Source: Candidatus Geohabitans tengchongensis
GTDB taxonomy: Bacteria > Sysuimicrobiota > Sysuimicrobiia > Sysuimicrobiales > Humicultoraceae
Direction: 5' to 3'
Length of the DNA stretch: 64,000 bases
Assembly (NCBI GenBank): GCA_031459625.1
Contig: JAVKIH010000011.1
Coordinates: 21,031 to 85,030, forward strand
The notes under the pieces were generated by a model, which was not told the origin of the DNA, made no database searches, and was given only the letters and a program-made list of their open reading frames with translations. Numbering within the stretch: the first letter of the stretch is position 1; each line of letters opens with the position of its first letter. Made by a program: the position numbers and the translations under genes. This document shows, one piece after another, positions 19,224 through 28,745 of this stretch.

Positions 19224-20059
19224 ACCTGACCCTCAGTGCCGTCAAGCTCGCCGTGTTGCCCTACGGCCTGGCGTTCGGCGAACGGCGACCGGGGATCGTC
19301 ATCCTGGTCTACCACCGGGTGGGCGGGGGGACGCGACGGGAGATCGACCTCCCCGTCGAGACCTTTGCGCGTCAGGTGGCCTACCTGGCGGCCCGCTGCC
19401 GTGTGGTCAGCCTGGAGGAGGCCCTGGCACTGGGACGCAACGGCGCCACCCCGCCGGGCGACGTCCTCGTGCTGACCTTCGACGACGGCTACCGGGAGAC
19501 GTACGACCACGTCTTCCCGATCCTGCACCGGTACCGCCTCCCGGCCACGGTCTACGTGGCGACGGCGTACGTCGAGCAGGGACGACCCTTCGACTTCGGC
19601 GTGCAGCGCTGGGCGGACGCGCCGGGACGCCCGCTGACCTGGTCGCAGCTCCGTGAGATGACATCCTCGGGGCTCATCACCGTCGGCTCTCACACCCACA
19701 CCCATGCCGACCTGTCGGTGGTGCCCCTGCCGGCGGTCCGCGAGGAACTGCGGCGCAGCCAGGAGCTGATCGAGGAGCGGCTGGGACAGCCGGTCAGGCA
19801 TTTCGCCTATCCCTGGGGACGGTGGCGCCCCGAGGTCCGGGGGGTGGTGGGCGAGCGGTTCCAGAGCGCCGTCCGCGGGGGGTGTGGCAAGAACCCCTAT
19901 GGAGCCCTGGACCCGCTGGCTCTCTGGCGCCAGCCCGTCCAACGCAGTGACGGGCTCTGGTTCTTCCGCGCGCGGCTCCGGTCGTACCTGGATGGCGAGG
20001 AGGTCTTCCGCTCCCGGTTGGCGGCCCTCCGCGCGGCCCCCCCGACCCTCGATGGCTAA
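19220..20059 (+). CDS. Polysaccharide deacetylase (NodB/CE4)
   Basis: YHRV, TFDDGY, GSHTHTH, FAYPWG. Confidence 0.88.
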   Translation: MNLTLSAVKLAVLPYGLAFGERRPGIVILVYHRVGGGTRREIDLPVETFARQVAYLAARCRVVSLEEALALGRNGATPPGDVLVLTFDDGYRETYDHVFPILHRYRLPATVYVATAYVEQGRPFDFGVQRWADAPGRPLTWSQLREMTSSGLITVGSHTHTHADLSVVPLPAVREELRRSQELIEERLGQPVRHFAYPWGRWRPEVRGVVGERFQSAVRGGCGKNPYGALDPLALWRQPVQRSDGLWFFRARLRSYLDGEEVFRSRLAALRAAPPTLDG

Positions 20060-21209
20060 GCCCGTCACGGTCCTGCATCTCATCGAGGGGCTGGGCACCG
20101 GTGGGTCGGAGCAGCACCTGGCCCACCTGGTGCTCCGGTCCGACAGGAGACGCTTCCGCCACCACGTCTGCGGGCTGGGCACGGCGGGTCGGTTCGCGCA
20201 GACCCTGGAGGCGGCAGGCATCCCGGTGTACACCCTGGGGTATCCTGCGGAACGCGACTTCCTGCGTCCGCTCGTGCCGCTTCGCCGTCTGGTGCAGCGC
20301 GTCTACCCCGACGTGCTCCACGCCTGCCTGTACCGGCCCGGCGTCCTGGCCCGCCTGATCGGCCGCTGGAGTGGCCTGCCGGTGGTGACGACCCTGGTGA
20401 ACACGGCCTACGAGCCGGAGTGGCGGCTGGACAACCCCCGGCTCTCGCCCCTCAAGGTCTCCCTGGCCCGGACGCTGGATGCGGCCACCGCCCGGTGGCG
20501 CGGCGCCTGGTTCGTGGCGGTGAGCGAGACGGTGCGCGACTCGGCGGTGCGCCAGCTGGGGATTCCAGCCGGGCGGGTTCGGGTCATTCGCCGTCCGCTG
20601 CTGCTGAGCCCCAACGGCCAGCGCCCTTCCGCCCAAGCGGTGCGCGCGGCGCTGGGGCTTCCGGACGCCGACCCGCTGCTGCTCAACGTCGGCCGCCTGG
20701 TGCCCCAGAAGGGACAGCAGTACGCCGTGCGCGCCATGCCGGGCATCCTGGCGTCCCGCCCGGGAGCCCACCTGGTGATCGTGGGCGAGGGGCCGCTGCG
20801 GCCCTCCCTGACCGCGCTGGCCGAGGCGCTGGGAGTGGCGGATCATGTCACGTTGCTGGGCGAACGGCACGACGTGCCCGACCTGCTGGCCGCCGCCGAC
20901 TGCTTCCTCTTCCCCTCGCTCTTCGAGGGTGCGGCCAATGCGCTGATGGAGGCGCTGGCGGCAGGGACGCCGGTGGTGGCTTCGGACATCCCGTCGCTGC
21001 GGGAGCTCACCGACGACGGCCGCGTGGCGGCGTTGGTCCCGCTGCGCGCGCCGGAGGCGCTGGCAGAGGCGGCCCTCGGCCTGCTGGCGGACGACGCGCG
21101 GCGACGCCGGCTCTGCGACGCTGGCCAAGCCTGGGTGCGTCGCTGGGGGGACGGCGACGCCGTCCTGGCCTGGGAGGAGTTCGTTGCTCACATCGCGGCC
21201 AGGGACTGA
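20052..21209 (+). CDS. Glycosyltransferase family 4
   Basis: GGSEQHL, GRLVPQKG, PSLFEGAANALMEA. Confidence 0.9.
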   Translation: MAKPVTVLHLIEGLGTGGSEQHLAHLVLRSDRRRFRHHVCGLGTAGRFAQTLEAAGIPVYTLGYPAERDFLRPLVPLRRLVQRVYPDVLHACLYRPGVLARLIGRWSGLPVVTTLVNTAYEPEWRLDNPRLSPLKVSLARTLDAATARWRGAWFVAVSETVRDSAVRQLGIPAGRVRVIRRPLLLSPNGQRPSAQAVRAALGLPDADPLLLNVGRLVPQKGQQYAVRAMPGILASRPGAHLVIVGEGPLRPSLTALAEALGVADHVTLLGERHDVPDLLAAADCFLFPSLFEGAANALMEALAAGTPVVASDIPSLRELTDDGRVAALVPLRAPEALAEAALGLLADDARRRRLCDAGQAWVRRWGDGDAVLAWEEFVAHIAARD

Positions 21210-22302
21210 CCGGAGTGCGAGGCGGAGCGCCCTGCCAGGGGAGCCCCTCCTGGACTTCGTCCAGTTTGGGACGTTCTCCGGCTCGGCGGTCTCCCTGCGC
21301 CGGGCGATGGCGCACCGGGTGCCGCTGGCCGTCCTGAACGTGCTCCCGCTGGCACGCGATGTCACGCTCCTGCCGGCCCGGCTCCGTGCCCTGGCCGAGG
21401 CGCGGCGGTCGGGTCGGGGAGTGTCCTGGGTGCGCACGCGGGCCTGGTCGGTGGCGGTGGAGCGCCGGTTGCGCCAGGCCGGCGTGGGGCGGGGACGCCC
21501 GGCGCTCTTCGTCCAGGCGATGACCCCGGTGATCCTCCCCGAGGGCGTCCGGTACGCCGTGTACACCGACCGGGTCGCACGGGAAGGGGCGGCCATGGGC
21601 GGTCATCTGGCCTCCCGCTTCTCCGCGGGATGGCTCGCCCGCGAGGAGAGCTTCCTGCGTAACGCCGCGCGCGTCTACACGATGGGGCCGACGACGGCCC
21701 AGTGGCTGCAGCGCGCCTATGGGATACCGCGCGATCGCATCCGCGTGGTGGGAGCGGGGCCCAACGCCCCCCTGACCGACCCCATCGCCTCGCGGACCTG
21801 CCGCCGACTGCTCTTCGTGGGTCTGGAGTGGGAACGGAAGGGCGGTCCGCAGCTGCTGGAAGCCTTCGCGCAGGTCCGTCGCTGCCACCCGCACCTCGAG
21901 CTGCTGGTAGTGGGAGCGACGCCACGCGGTCCGCTGCCGCCCGGTGTGCGGGTGTGCGGTCGGACGGTCCACCGCGCCATGGACGACTTCTACTCGCAGG
22001 CGGATGCCCTGGTGCTGCCCACGCACCGGGACGCAGTCCCGATCTGCCTGATCGAGGCGATGTGGAAGGCCCTGCCCTGCATCGTCACCACGGTGGGCAA
22101 CCAGCGCTGGATCGTGCAGGAGGCGGGGCTGGTGGTGGAGCCCGGCGACGTCCCCGGCCTGGTTGCCGCCCTCGACCGGCTGGTGCGAGAGTACCCGACG
22201 TTTGCCGCCCGGGCCGCCCGCCGGAGCGAGGTCGCGCGCCAGACCTTCCGCTGGGACCGGGTCGCCGACCAGATCCTCGGCGACCTCCTCCAGCCCGACT
22301 GA
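21184..22302 (+). CDS. Glycosyltransferase family 4
   Basis: LFVGLEWERKGG, PTHRDAVPICLIEA; TTG start after GGAGG; paralogue of 46275-47414. Confidence 0.85.
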   Translation: MLTSRPGTDRSARRSALPGEPLLDFVQFGTFSGSAVSLRRAMAHRVPLAVLNVLPLARDVTLLPARLRALAEARRSGRGVSWVRTRAWSVAVERRLRQAGVGRGRPALFVQAMTPVILPEGVRYAVYTDRVAREGAAMGGHLASRFSAGWLAREESFLRNAARVYTMGPTTAQWLQRAYGIPRDRIRVVGAGPNAPLTDPIASRTCRRLLFVGLEWERKGGPQLLEAFAQVRRCHPHLELLVVGATPRGPLPPGVRVCGRTVHRAMDDFYSQADALVLPTHRDAVPICLIEAMWKALPCIVTTVGNQRWIVQEAGLVVEPGDVPGLVAALDRLVREYPTFAARAARRSEVARQTFRWDRVADQILGDLLQPD

Positions 22303-22312
22303 TCCGGTGCCC

Positions 22313-23350
22313 ATGCTGCGACGTGCCGTCGAGAACCTGCTCGGCCGGATGCCGGTGTACCTCCTGCGGGTGGCGGACGGGCGCGACGGCGTGCTGCGCG
22401 TCGTGGTCTATCACCGCCTCCTCGCCCCGGGGCAGCCCTTCGCCGGGGACCCGCACCTGCTCTCGGCCACAGTGGCGGAGTTCGACCGCCAGATCGCCTA
22501 CATGCGTCGCCACTACACCCCGGTGAGCGCCGCGCAGGTGGTGGCCGCCCTGGGGAAGGAGGCCTCCCTTCCGCGCGGCGCGGTGCTGGTCACTTTCGAC
22601 GACGCCTACCGGGACGTCCTGACCCACGCCTGGCCGGTGCTGCAGCGTTACCGGGTCCCGGCGTTGCTCTTCGTCCCCACGGCCTTCCCGGGGACGGATC
22701 GGCTCTTCTGGTGGGACGAGGTGTACGAGGCGTTGCGGCAGACCGACCGGCCGCAGGTCCGTGTGACGAACCACGCCTTCGCCCTCGACACACCAGCCGC
22801 CCGTCACCGCGCTGCGCGGGCTCTCATCCGTCTGTGGCGGCCACTGGCGCCGGCCGCACTGGAGGACCGGCGGCAGGCCCTGCTCGAACAGGTCGGGCAC
22901 CCGCGGATCGACCGAGCCGCGTGCGCAGTCCTCAGCTGGGCCGAGGTGGCGGCGCTGGCCACGGCGGGGGTGGCCATCGGGCTCCACACCCGGACCCACC
23001 CGGCGCTGCCCGCCGTCGACCCGGCGACCCTGGAGGCGGAACTGGAGACGGGCGATGTCGACCTGCGCGCACACGTGCCCTCCGGACGCGTGCCGTGCTT
23101 CGCCTTCCCCTACGGGTTCGTGGACGACCGTGCCAAACCGGTGCTCCGACGCCTGGGCTATGTGGCCGCCTTCACGACCCTGGCCGGCGTGAACCGGCTC
23201 GGTCGACGCGACCCCTACCGTCTCTGCCGTCACGCCGTGGGCATCGACCACCCGCGGGGGCGTCTGCCCCTCAACCTGACGGCGGCCTACGCCGGCCTCC
23301 GCGAACGGACCCAGACCCTGCGCCCGCGGACCCGGCCGACACTCCCGTGA
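22313..23350 (+). CDS. Polysaccharide deacetylase (NodB/CE4)
   Basis: YHRL, TFDDAY, FWWD, GLHTRTHP, FAFPYG. Confidence 0.88.
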   Translation: MLRRAVENLLGRMPVYLLRVADGRDGVLRVVVYHRLLAPGQPFAGDPHLLSATVAEFDRQIAYMRRHYTPVSAAQVVAALGKEASLPRGAVLVTFDDAYRDVLTHAWPVLQRYRVPALLFVPTAFPGTDRLFWWDEVYEALRQTDRPQVRVTNHAFALDTPAARHRAARALIRLWRPLAPAALEDRRQALLEQVGHPRIDRAACAVLSWAEVAALATAGVAIGLHTRTHPALPAVDPATLEAELETGDVDLRAHVPSGRVPCFAFPYGFVDDRAKPVLRRLGYVAAFTTLAGVNRLGRRDPYRLCRHAVGIDHPRGRLPLNLTAAYAGLRERTQTLRPRTRPTLP

Positions 23351-24180
23351 GCGATGCCCGGCACTTCCTGTTCACCGTGGACGCGGACTGGGTCCCGGGT
23401 TCGGGCCCCGGCTTGCTGGCGCTGCTCGACCTCTGTCATGCCCTGGGGCTGCGGGCCACGATTTTCACGACGGGGATGTTCGCCCTGCACCACCCGGAGG
23501 CCATCGGCCGGGCCCACGCCGAGGGGCACGAGATCGGCGTCCACGGCTGGGAGCACCCGATGCCGGTCTTCATGGCCGAGAACTACCGGTTCACGCCGGT
23601 GGACCGCCGCCGGACTTGGCTCCGGCAGGCCACGGATGCTGTGGCCGGAATCATCGGTGCTCTTCCGCGGGCCTTCCGGGCGCCGTACCTGTGGATCGAC
23701 GGCGCCACGTTGCACCTGCTGGAGGAGATCGGGTACGTGGTGGACTCGTCGGTCCCGACGCGCCGGTTCGACGGGCTCCTGGGAATGATCAACCACCTCG
23801 ACTACTTCCTCGCCCCGCTGGCGCCGTACCGGCCAGACCCGCACCGGCCCGGGCGCCGCGGCAGGGGGAGGGTGCTGGAGGTTCCTCCCTCGGCCTGGCT
23901 GCTGCCGCTCAACATGAGCACTGTCCGTTTCCTGGGATGGCGGGCAACCCTGGCCGTGGCCGACCTGATCGGGCGGGCGTCACCCGTCCTGAACTTCTAC
24001 TGCCACCCCTGGGAGTTCGTGGCCTCCGACGCGCTGACGTTCCCCCCCGGCACGCCCGTGCGGCACACGCGTGCCACCGGACCTCACCTGCTGCCCGGCG
24101 TTGCGGCCTTTGCGGATGGGGTCCTACGGAGAGGATACCGACCGGCAACGGTCGCTGAGGTGGCCCGGTGCGTCTCGTGA
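23347..24180 (+). CDS. Polysaccharide deacetylase family protein
   Basis: FTVDADW, GHEIGVHGWEH, FRAP, DSS, YCHPWE. Confidence 0.82.
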   Translation: MSDARHFLFTVDADWVPGSGPGLLALLDLCHALGLRATIFTTGMFALHHPEAIGRAHAEGHEIGVHGWEHPMPVFMAENYRFTPVDRRRTWLRQATDAVAGIIGALPRAFRAPYLWIDGATLHLLEEIGYVVDSSVPTRRFDGLLGMINHLDYFLAPLAPYRPDPHRPGRRGRGRVLEVPPSAWLLPLNMSTVRFLGWRATLAVADLIGRASPVLNFYCHPWEFVASDALTFPPGTPVRHTRATGPHLLPGVAAFADGVLRRGYRPATVAEVARCVS

Positions 24181-24962
24181 TCGCCACTACCGCGGACGAT
24201 CCGCTCGCCCCGGTGTTCTGGGAGGCCTACCGGACAGCCGGGGGGCCCTCGGCGATCGCGGTCTTCTTCCTGCGCCCACGCCGCCGCGTGTCGGCCGTGC
24301 GGCGGGTTGCGGAGGGGCTGCTGCTCTTCGGTCCCAGCGGCGCCGTGTACTGGTGGCAGCAGAGGCGTCGCCTCCGCCGACCCGCCGACTCGCTCCTGCC
24401 CCTCTCGGACGCCACGCGGGGACAGCACGTGGGCAGCCTCAACCGGGGAGAAGGCCACCAGGCCCTCCGCGACGCGCAGGCGGACGTCCTGGTCTCGGTG
24501 GGATCGCCGGAGATCTTCAAGCCGTCCACACTCGCGCTGGCGCGGTGGGGAGCCCTCAACGTCCACCACGGGCGGCTTCCCACCTATCGGGGGCTCTTCG
24601 GCACCTTTTGGGAGGCGCTGCACGGCGAGCCGTGGGGATACACGACGGTCCACCGGATGGACGCGGGGATCGACACGGGCGCGGTCGTGGCGGAGGCGCG
24701 GGTGCCCCTGGGACGGCGCCGCCTCCTCGACGTCCTCATCGAGAAGCGGCAGGTGGGCGGTCGGCTCCTCGCAGAGGTCCTGGCCCGCGCGGCGGTCTCC
24801 GGGGCCCTTCCGCCAGCGGCGCCCCGCCGCGACGGGGTGGTCGGCTACTACGGCTGGCCCTCGCTGGCCGACCTGCTCCGGTTCCGGCTGGGCACGCGGC
24901 GAGGTGTAATGGCCGGCCCCGTGCGCGCCGGCGATGCCTTGGGCGAGGGCGGCGGCCGATGA
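24168..24962 (+). CDS. Formyltransferase-family protein
   Basis: LNVHHGRLPTYRG, TTVHRMDAGIDTG (N10-formyl-THF transferase signature). Confidence 0.85.
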   Translation: MRLVIATTADDPLAPVFWEAYRTAGGPSAIAVFFLRPRRRVSAVRRVAEGLLLFGPSGAVYWWQQRRRLRRPADSLLPLSDATRGQHVGSLNRGEGHQALRDAQADVLVSVGSPEIFKPSTLALARWGALNVHHGRLPTYRGLFGTFWEALHGEPWGYTTVHRMDAGIDTGAVVAEARVPLGRRRLLDVLIEKRQVGGRLLAEVLARAAVSGALPPAAPRRDGVVGYYGWPSLADLLRFRLGTRRGVMAGPVRAGDALGEGGGR

Positions 24963-26179
24963 CCACCCACGCCACGGTGGAGGTGTCCAGGCCTCCGGCG
25001 CAGCGGCTGGCCCTCCTGCGGCTCGCCCATATCACCACCGCCGACCTGAGCCTGCGCTTCCTGCTGCTGGACCAGTTACGGGCCTTTCAGGATGCCGGCT
25101 TCGACGTCCTGGCGGTCAGCGCCCCGGGACCCTGGTCCGACGACCTCGCACGGGCGGGCATCCCCCACGCGGCGGTCCCGGGCCTGGAGCGTCGGTGGGC
25201 GCCCCTCGGGGACCTCAGGGCATTGTGGGGACTCGTCCGGGTGTTGGCCCGTCACCGTCCGCACATCGTCCACACCCATACCCCCAAGGGCCGCATGCTC
25301 GGGCGGCTGGCGGCCCGGCTGGTCGGTGTGCCGGTCGTGGTAAACACCTTTCACGGTCTGTATGGCCTGGACGGCTCATGGCTGCGGCGTCGCGCCTTCG
25401 TCGTGCTCGAACGGGCCGGGGCGCGGCTGGGGGACTTCGACCTGTGCCAGAGCCGTGAGGACCTGGCCACCCTCCTCCGGGAGCGCATTACCACCCCGGA
25501 GCGCTCCGCCTGGCTGGGCAACGGCGTGGACCTCTCGCGCTTCGATCCCGCCCGCGTGGACCGCCGCGCGGTGCGCCGCCGCCTGGAGATCGCCGACGGG
25601 GCGCTGGTCGTGGGCACGGTTGGCCGCCTGGTCTGGGAGAAGGGGTTCAGGGAGTTCTTCGCCATGGCTGCGGCCCTCACCGCTGAAGACGCCCGCGTCG
25701 TGCCCCTGGTCGTGGGCCCGGTCGAGGCCGGCAAGCCCGATGGGATCCCGTCCCCGGTGCTCGAGGACGTCGCCCGCCGCTGCCGGGTGCGTTTCCTCGG
25801 TCTGCGGACGGACATGCCCGACCTCTACGCGGCGATGGACGTCTTCGTCCTCCCCTCCTACCGCGAGGGGTTTCCCCGCTCGGCGGTGGAAGCGGCGGCC
25901 ATGGGGCGGGCCATGGTCCTGACCGACATCCGCGGGTGCCGCGAGGTCGTCGAGGACGGCCACAACGGCTTCCTCGTGCCGCCCCGTGACTCCGGCGCCC
26001 TGACTGAGCGGGTGCGCCGGCTACTGGGCGACCCTGCGCTGCGCGAGCGATTCGGCGCGCGCAGCCGCGCGAAGGCGCTGGCCGAGTTCGACGAGCGCCG
26101 GGTGGTCGCGACCACCCTGAGGGTCTACGAGCGCCTGTGGGAGGTCCGGAGGGTCGCCGGTGCGGTTGCACCTCGCTGA
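24959..26179 (+). CDS. Glycosyltransferase family 4 (PglA/CapM-like)
   Basis: HTHTPKG, GNGVD, GRLVWEKG, PSYREGFPRSAVEA, TDIRGCRE. Confidence 0.92.
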   Translation: MTTHATVEVSRPPAQRLALLRLAHITTADLSLRFLLLDQLRAFQDAGFDVLAVSAPGPWSDDLARAGIPHAAVPGLERRWAPLGDLRALWGLVRVLARHRPHIVHTHTPKGRMLGRLAARLVGVPVVVNTFHGLYGLDGSWLRRRAFVVLERAGARLGDFDLCQSREDLATLLRERITTPERSAWLGNGVDLSRFDPARVDRRAVRRRLEIADGALVVGTVGRLVWEKGFREFFAMAAALTAEDARVVPLVVGPVEAGKPDGIPSPVLEDVARRCRVRFLGLRTDMPDLYAAMDVFVLPSYREGFPRSAVEAAAMGRAMVLTDIRGCREVVEDGHNGFLVPPRDSGALTERVRRLLGDPALRERFGARSRAKALAEFDERRVVATTLRVYERLWEVRRVAGAVAPR

Positions 26180-26771
26180 CGCCGCCGACATCGGAGTCAT
26201 CGCCGCGTTGCACCGGAGCCAGATCCCTTGGGGGCTGCTCAGTGATCTGGGCGAGGCGGCTGTGACGCGCTTCTACCGGGTGCTGATCACGTCTGGCGTC
26301 GGGTTCGTCGTGCTGGCGGAGGACGGCGAGGGGCCGGTGGGCTTCGCCAGCGCGGTGACCGACTGGCCGCGGTTCTACCGGGCTTTCGTGCGCCCCGCGC
26401 CCTGGTCGGCGGTCCCGCTGCTGGTGCGGGCGTGGTCGGGCCGTCGGTGGCGCCGCCTGCTCGAGACCCGGCGGTACGTCACCGCGAGCCAGCTCCCCCG
26501 GGCCGAGCTCGCCTCGATCGCCCTAGCGCCCTCCGCCCGCGGCCGGGGAATCGGGCGGGCGCTGGTGGCCGCCGTGCTGGCTGAGCTCGGCCGGCGCGGC
26601 GTGACCACCGTCCGCGTGACTACGGCCGCGGACAACGGGGAGGCGCGCCGCCTGTACGAGGGTGCGGGCTTCCGGCTGCACGGAGAGCTCGAGATCCACC
26701 CGCATGAGCGCGCCGCCGTCTACGTTCGGGACGTTCCGGCCGTCGCCGCGGGGGTCCCCGGGCGCTCATGA
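26160..26771 (+). CDS. GNAT-family N-acetyltransferase
   Basis: SIALAPSARGRGIG, N..ARRLYE..GF. Confidence 0.85.
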   Translation: MRLHLADAADIGVIAALHRSQIPWGLLSDLGEAAVTRFYRVLITSGVGFVVLAEDGEGPVGFASAVTDWPRFYRAFVRPAPWSAVPLLVRAWSGRRWRRLLETRRYVTASQLPRAELASIALAPSARGRGIGRALVAAVLAELGRRGVTTVRVTTAADNGEARRLYEGAGFRLHGELEIHPHERAAVYVRDVPAVAAGVPGRS

Positions 26772-27988
26772 GGCCGCCGCGGGCACGCGACATCCCGGTG
26801 CTGATCCTCGAGCCGGGCTACGGCGGGCTGGGGGCCGCGCGCAGCCTGGGACGGCTCGGCATCCCCGTGTACGCGGTTCGCCAGACACCGAGCCCGGTGC
26901 TGCGCTCCCGGTACTGGCGTGGGTGTCTCCGCTGGCGGTGCGGTCCCGGGCTGGCCGACGACGCCGTGCTCTTCCTGCAGACGGTGCAGCGGCGTCTGGG
27001 GGCTCCGGTGGTGCTCCTGCCCACCACGGACCAGACGGCGCTGCTCCTCGCCGAGTACGCGGAGACCCTCGGTCCGGAGTTCCTCTTTCCCCGCGTTCCG
27101 GCGGACCTCGTGCGGGCCCTGGTCGACAAGCGCCGCCTCCACGCGCTAGCCCGGGCTGCGGGGGTGGCGGTGCCGCGGACGGCGACGGTCCGCTCTCGCC
27201 GGGAGGCGGCTGCCTTCCTCGCCGAGGCCGGATTGCCCGTCATCGCCAAGGCTGCCCACCCGAGCGGACCGATGGGCACGACGCGGCGGGTCTTCCGGCG
27301 CGCGCGGGCGCTGCTGGACTACGTCGAGCGCCTCGGACCCGCCGAGCGGAGCAACCTGCTCCTCCAGGAGTTCCTGGGTGGCGAGGGAGTCTGGATGGTG
27401 GATGCCTACCTGGGAGGCGACGGCCGGCAGGTCCGCGTCGCGGTGGGGATGAAGCTGCGGCAGCATCCCGACCCGGCCGGCGTGGCCTCCCTGGCCGTGG
27501 TGCGGCCGCAGGACCGGCTGGCCGAGGTGACGGTGACGTTCCTGCGCGGCTGCGGGTACCGCGGGCTGGTGGACGTCGACTACGCGGTCGACCCGCGCGA
27601 CGGCACTTACCGGCTGCTCGACGTGAACCCCCGGCTCGGCGCGACCTTCCGTCTCTTCACCGGGCCGGACGGTATGGATCTCGCCCGGGCGTACTACCTG
27701 GACCTCACGGACCAGTCCGTCCCGGAGCTCCGGCCCGTCCCCGGGCGCCGCTGGTGGCTGGAGGACGATGTGGCATACCTGCTGGCGGCCCGGCGGCCGG
27801 GGGAAGTCTGGCGATGGGCGAGGGCGCTGCGGGGGGTGCGCGAGGCGGCCTGGGCCGCCCTCGACGACCCGTTCCCGCTGCTTGCCCGCGTGAGCGGCGC
27901 GCTCTGGAGGGGGATGCGCCACGGATGGCGCCGGTCCACCCCCGGCGTGCCTGCGCCGCTACGGGAGGTCCCGGTCAAGCGCACGTGA
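26768..27988 (+). CDS. ATP-grasp carboxylate-amine ligase (D-aspartate-ligase-like)
   Basis: ARSLGRLG, LLPTTD, DK, PVIAK, LLQEFL, KLRQHP, LLDVNPR. Confidence 0.8.
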   Translation: MRPPRARDIPVLILEPGYGGLGAARSLGRLGIPVYAVRQTPSPVLRSRYWRGCLRWRCGPGLADDAVLFLQTVQRRLGAPVVLLPTTDQTALLLAEYAETLGPEFLFPRVPADLVRALVDKRRLHALARAAGVAVPRTATVRSRREAAAFLAEAGLPVIAKAAHPSGPMGTTRRVFRRARALLDYVERLGPAERSNLLLQEFLGGEGVWMVDAYLGGDGRQVRVAVGMKLRQHPDPAGVASLAVVRPQDRLAEVTVTFLRGCGYRGLVDVDYAVDPRDGTYRLLDVNPRLGATFRLFTGPDGMDLARAYYLDLTDQSVPELRPVPGRRWWLEDDVAYLLAARRPGEVWRWARALRGVREAAWAALDDPFPLLARVSGALWRGMRHGWRRSTPGVPAPLREVPVKRT

Positions 27989-28031
27989 CTGCCGGGGTCC
28001 CCGGCGGACCCCCAGGCGTCTCTGACCCCAC

Positions 28032-28745
28032 ATGGACCGTCGCCGCCTGCTCGACACGATGCTGGCCGCCGTCCTCCTGGTGCTGGCCGCTCCGGTGATG
28101 CTCCTGCTCGCGCTGGCCAACCGCTCCCTGTCGGGGCGCGCCTTCTTCGTCCAGGAGCGGTTGGGCCAGGACCTGCGGCCGTTCCGGCTGTTCAAGTACC
28201 AGACGATGGTCGACGGCGCGGACCAAGGCTCCACGGTCACGGTGGCCCGGGACGCGCGCGTGACCCGGTTCGGCGGGGTGCTGCGGACGCTCAAGCTCGA
28301 CGAGCTGCCCCAGCTCATCAACGTCCTGCGCGGGGAGATGACCTTCGTCGGCCCCCGCCCGTTGACGCCCAATGAGATCGCCGCCATTCCACGCCCGCTG
28401 GCCGCCCTGGTCTACCGCCAGCCACCGGGACTCACCGGGATCGCCAGCCTGGCCTTCCATGACGAAGAGCGCCTGCTGGCGCAGGCCGCCGACCCATTGC
28501 GGACATACTTCAACGAGATCCTGCCCCGGAAGATCGCCGTCGAGCTGGCCTACGTACAGCGCCGGACGTGGGCGACCGACCTGCTGATCCTGGCCTTCAC
28601 GCCCTTCGCGCCGTTGTGGCCGCGCCTTCGCCGCGCGCTGGTGGCGTGGCTGGTCCCCGACGCCGCCGCCTGGTGGCCGGCGAAGGGCCGTGCCGCCGAC
28701 AGGACCGACGCGCAGGAACTGCCGGTCCGGGTGTCGTTCAAGTGA
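28032..28745 (+). CDS. Priming phosphoglycosyl transferase (Bac_transf, PglC-like)
   Basis: FFVQERLG, KLDELPQLINVLRGEMTFVGPRP, PGLTG. Confidence 0.92.
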   Translation: MDRRRLLDTMLAAVLLVLAAPVMLLLALANRSLSGRAFFVQERLGQDLRPFRLFKYQTMVDGADQGSTVTVARDARVTRFGGVLRTLKLDELPQLINVLRGEMTFVGPRPLTPNEIAAIPRPLAALVYRQPPGLTGIASLAFHDEERLLAQAADPLRTYFNEILPRKIAVELAYVQRRTWATDLLILAFTPFAPLWPRLRRALVAWLVPDAAAWWPAKGRAADRTDAQELPVRVSFK

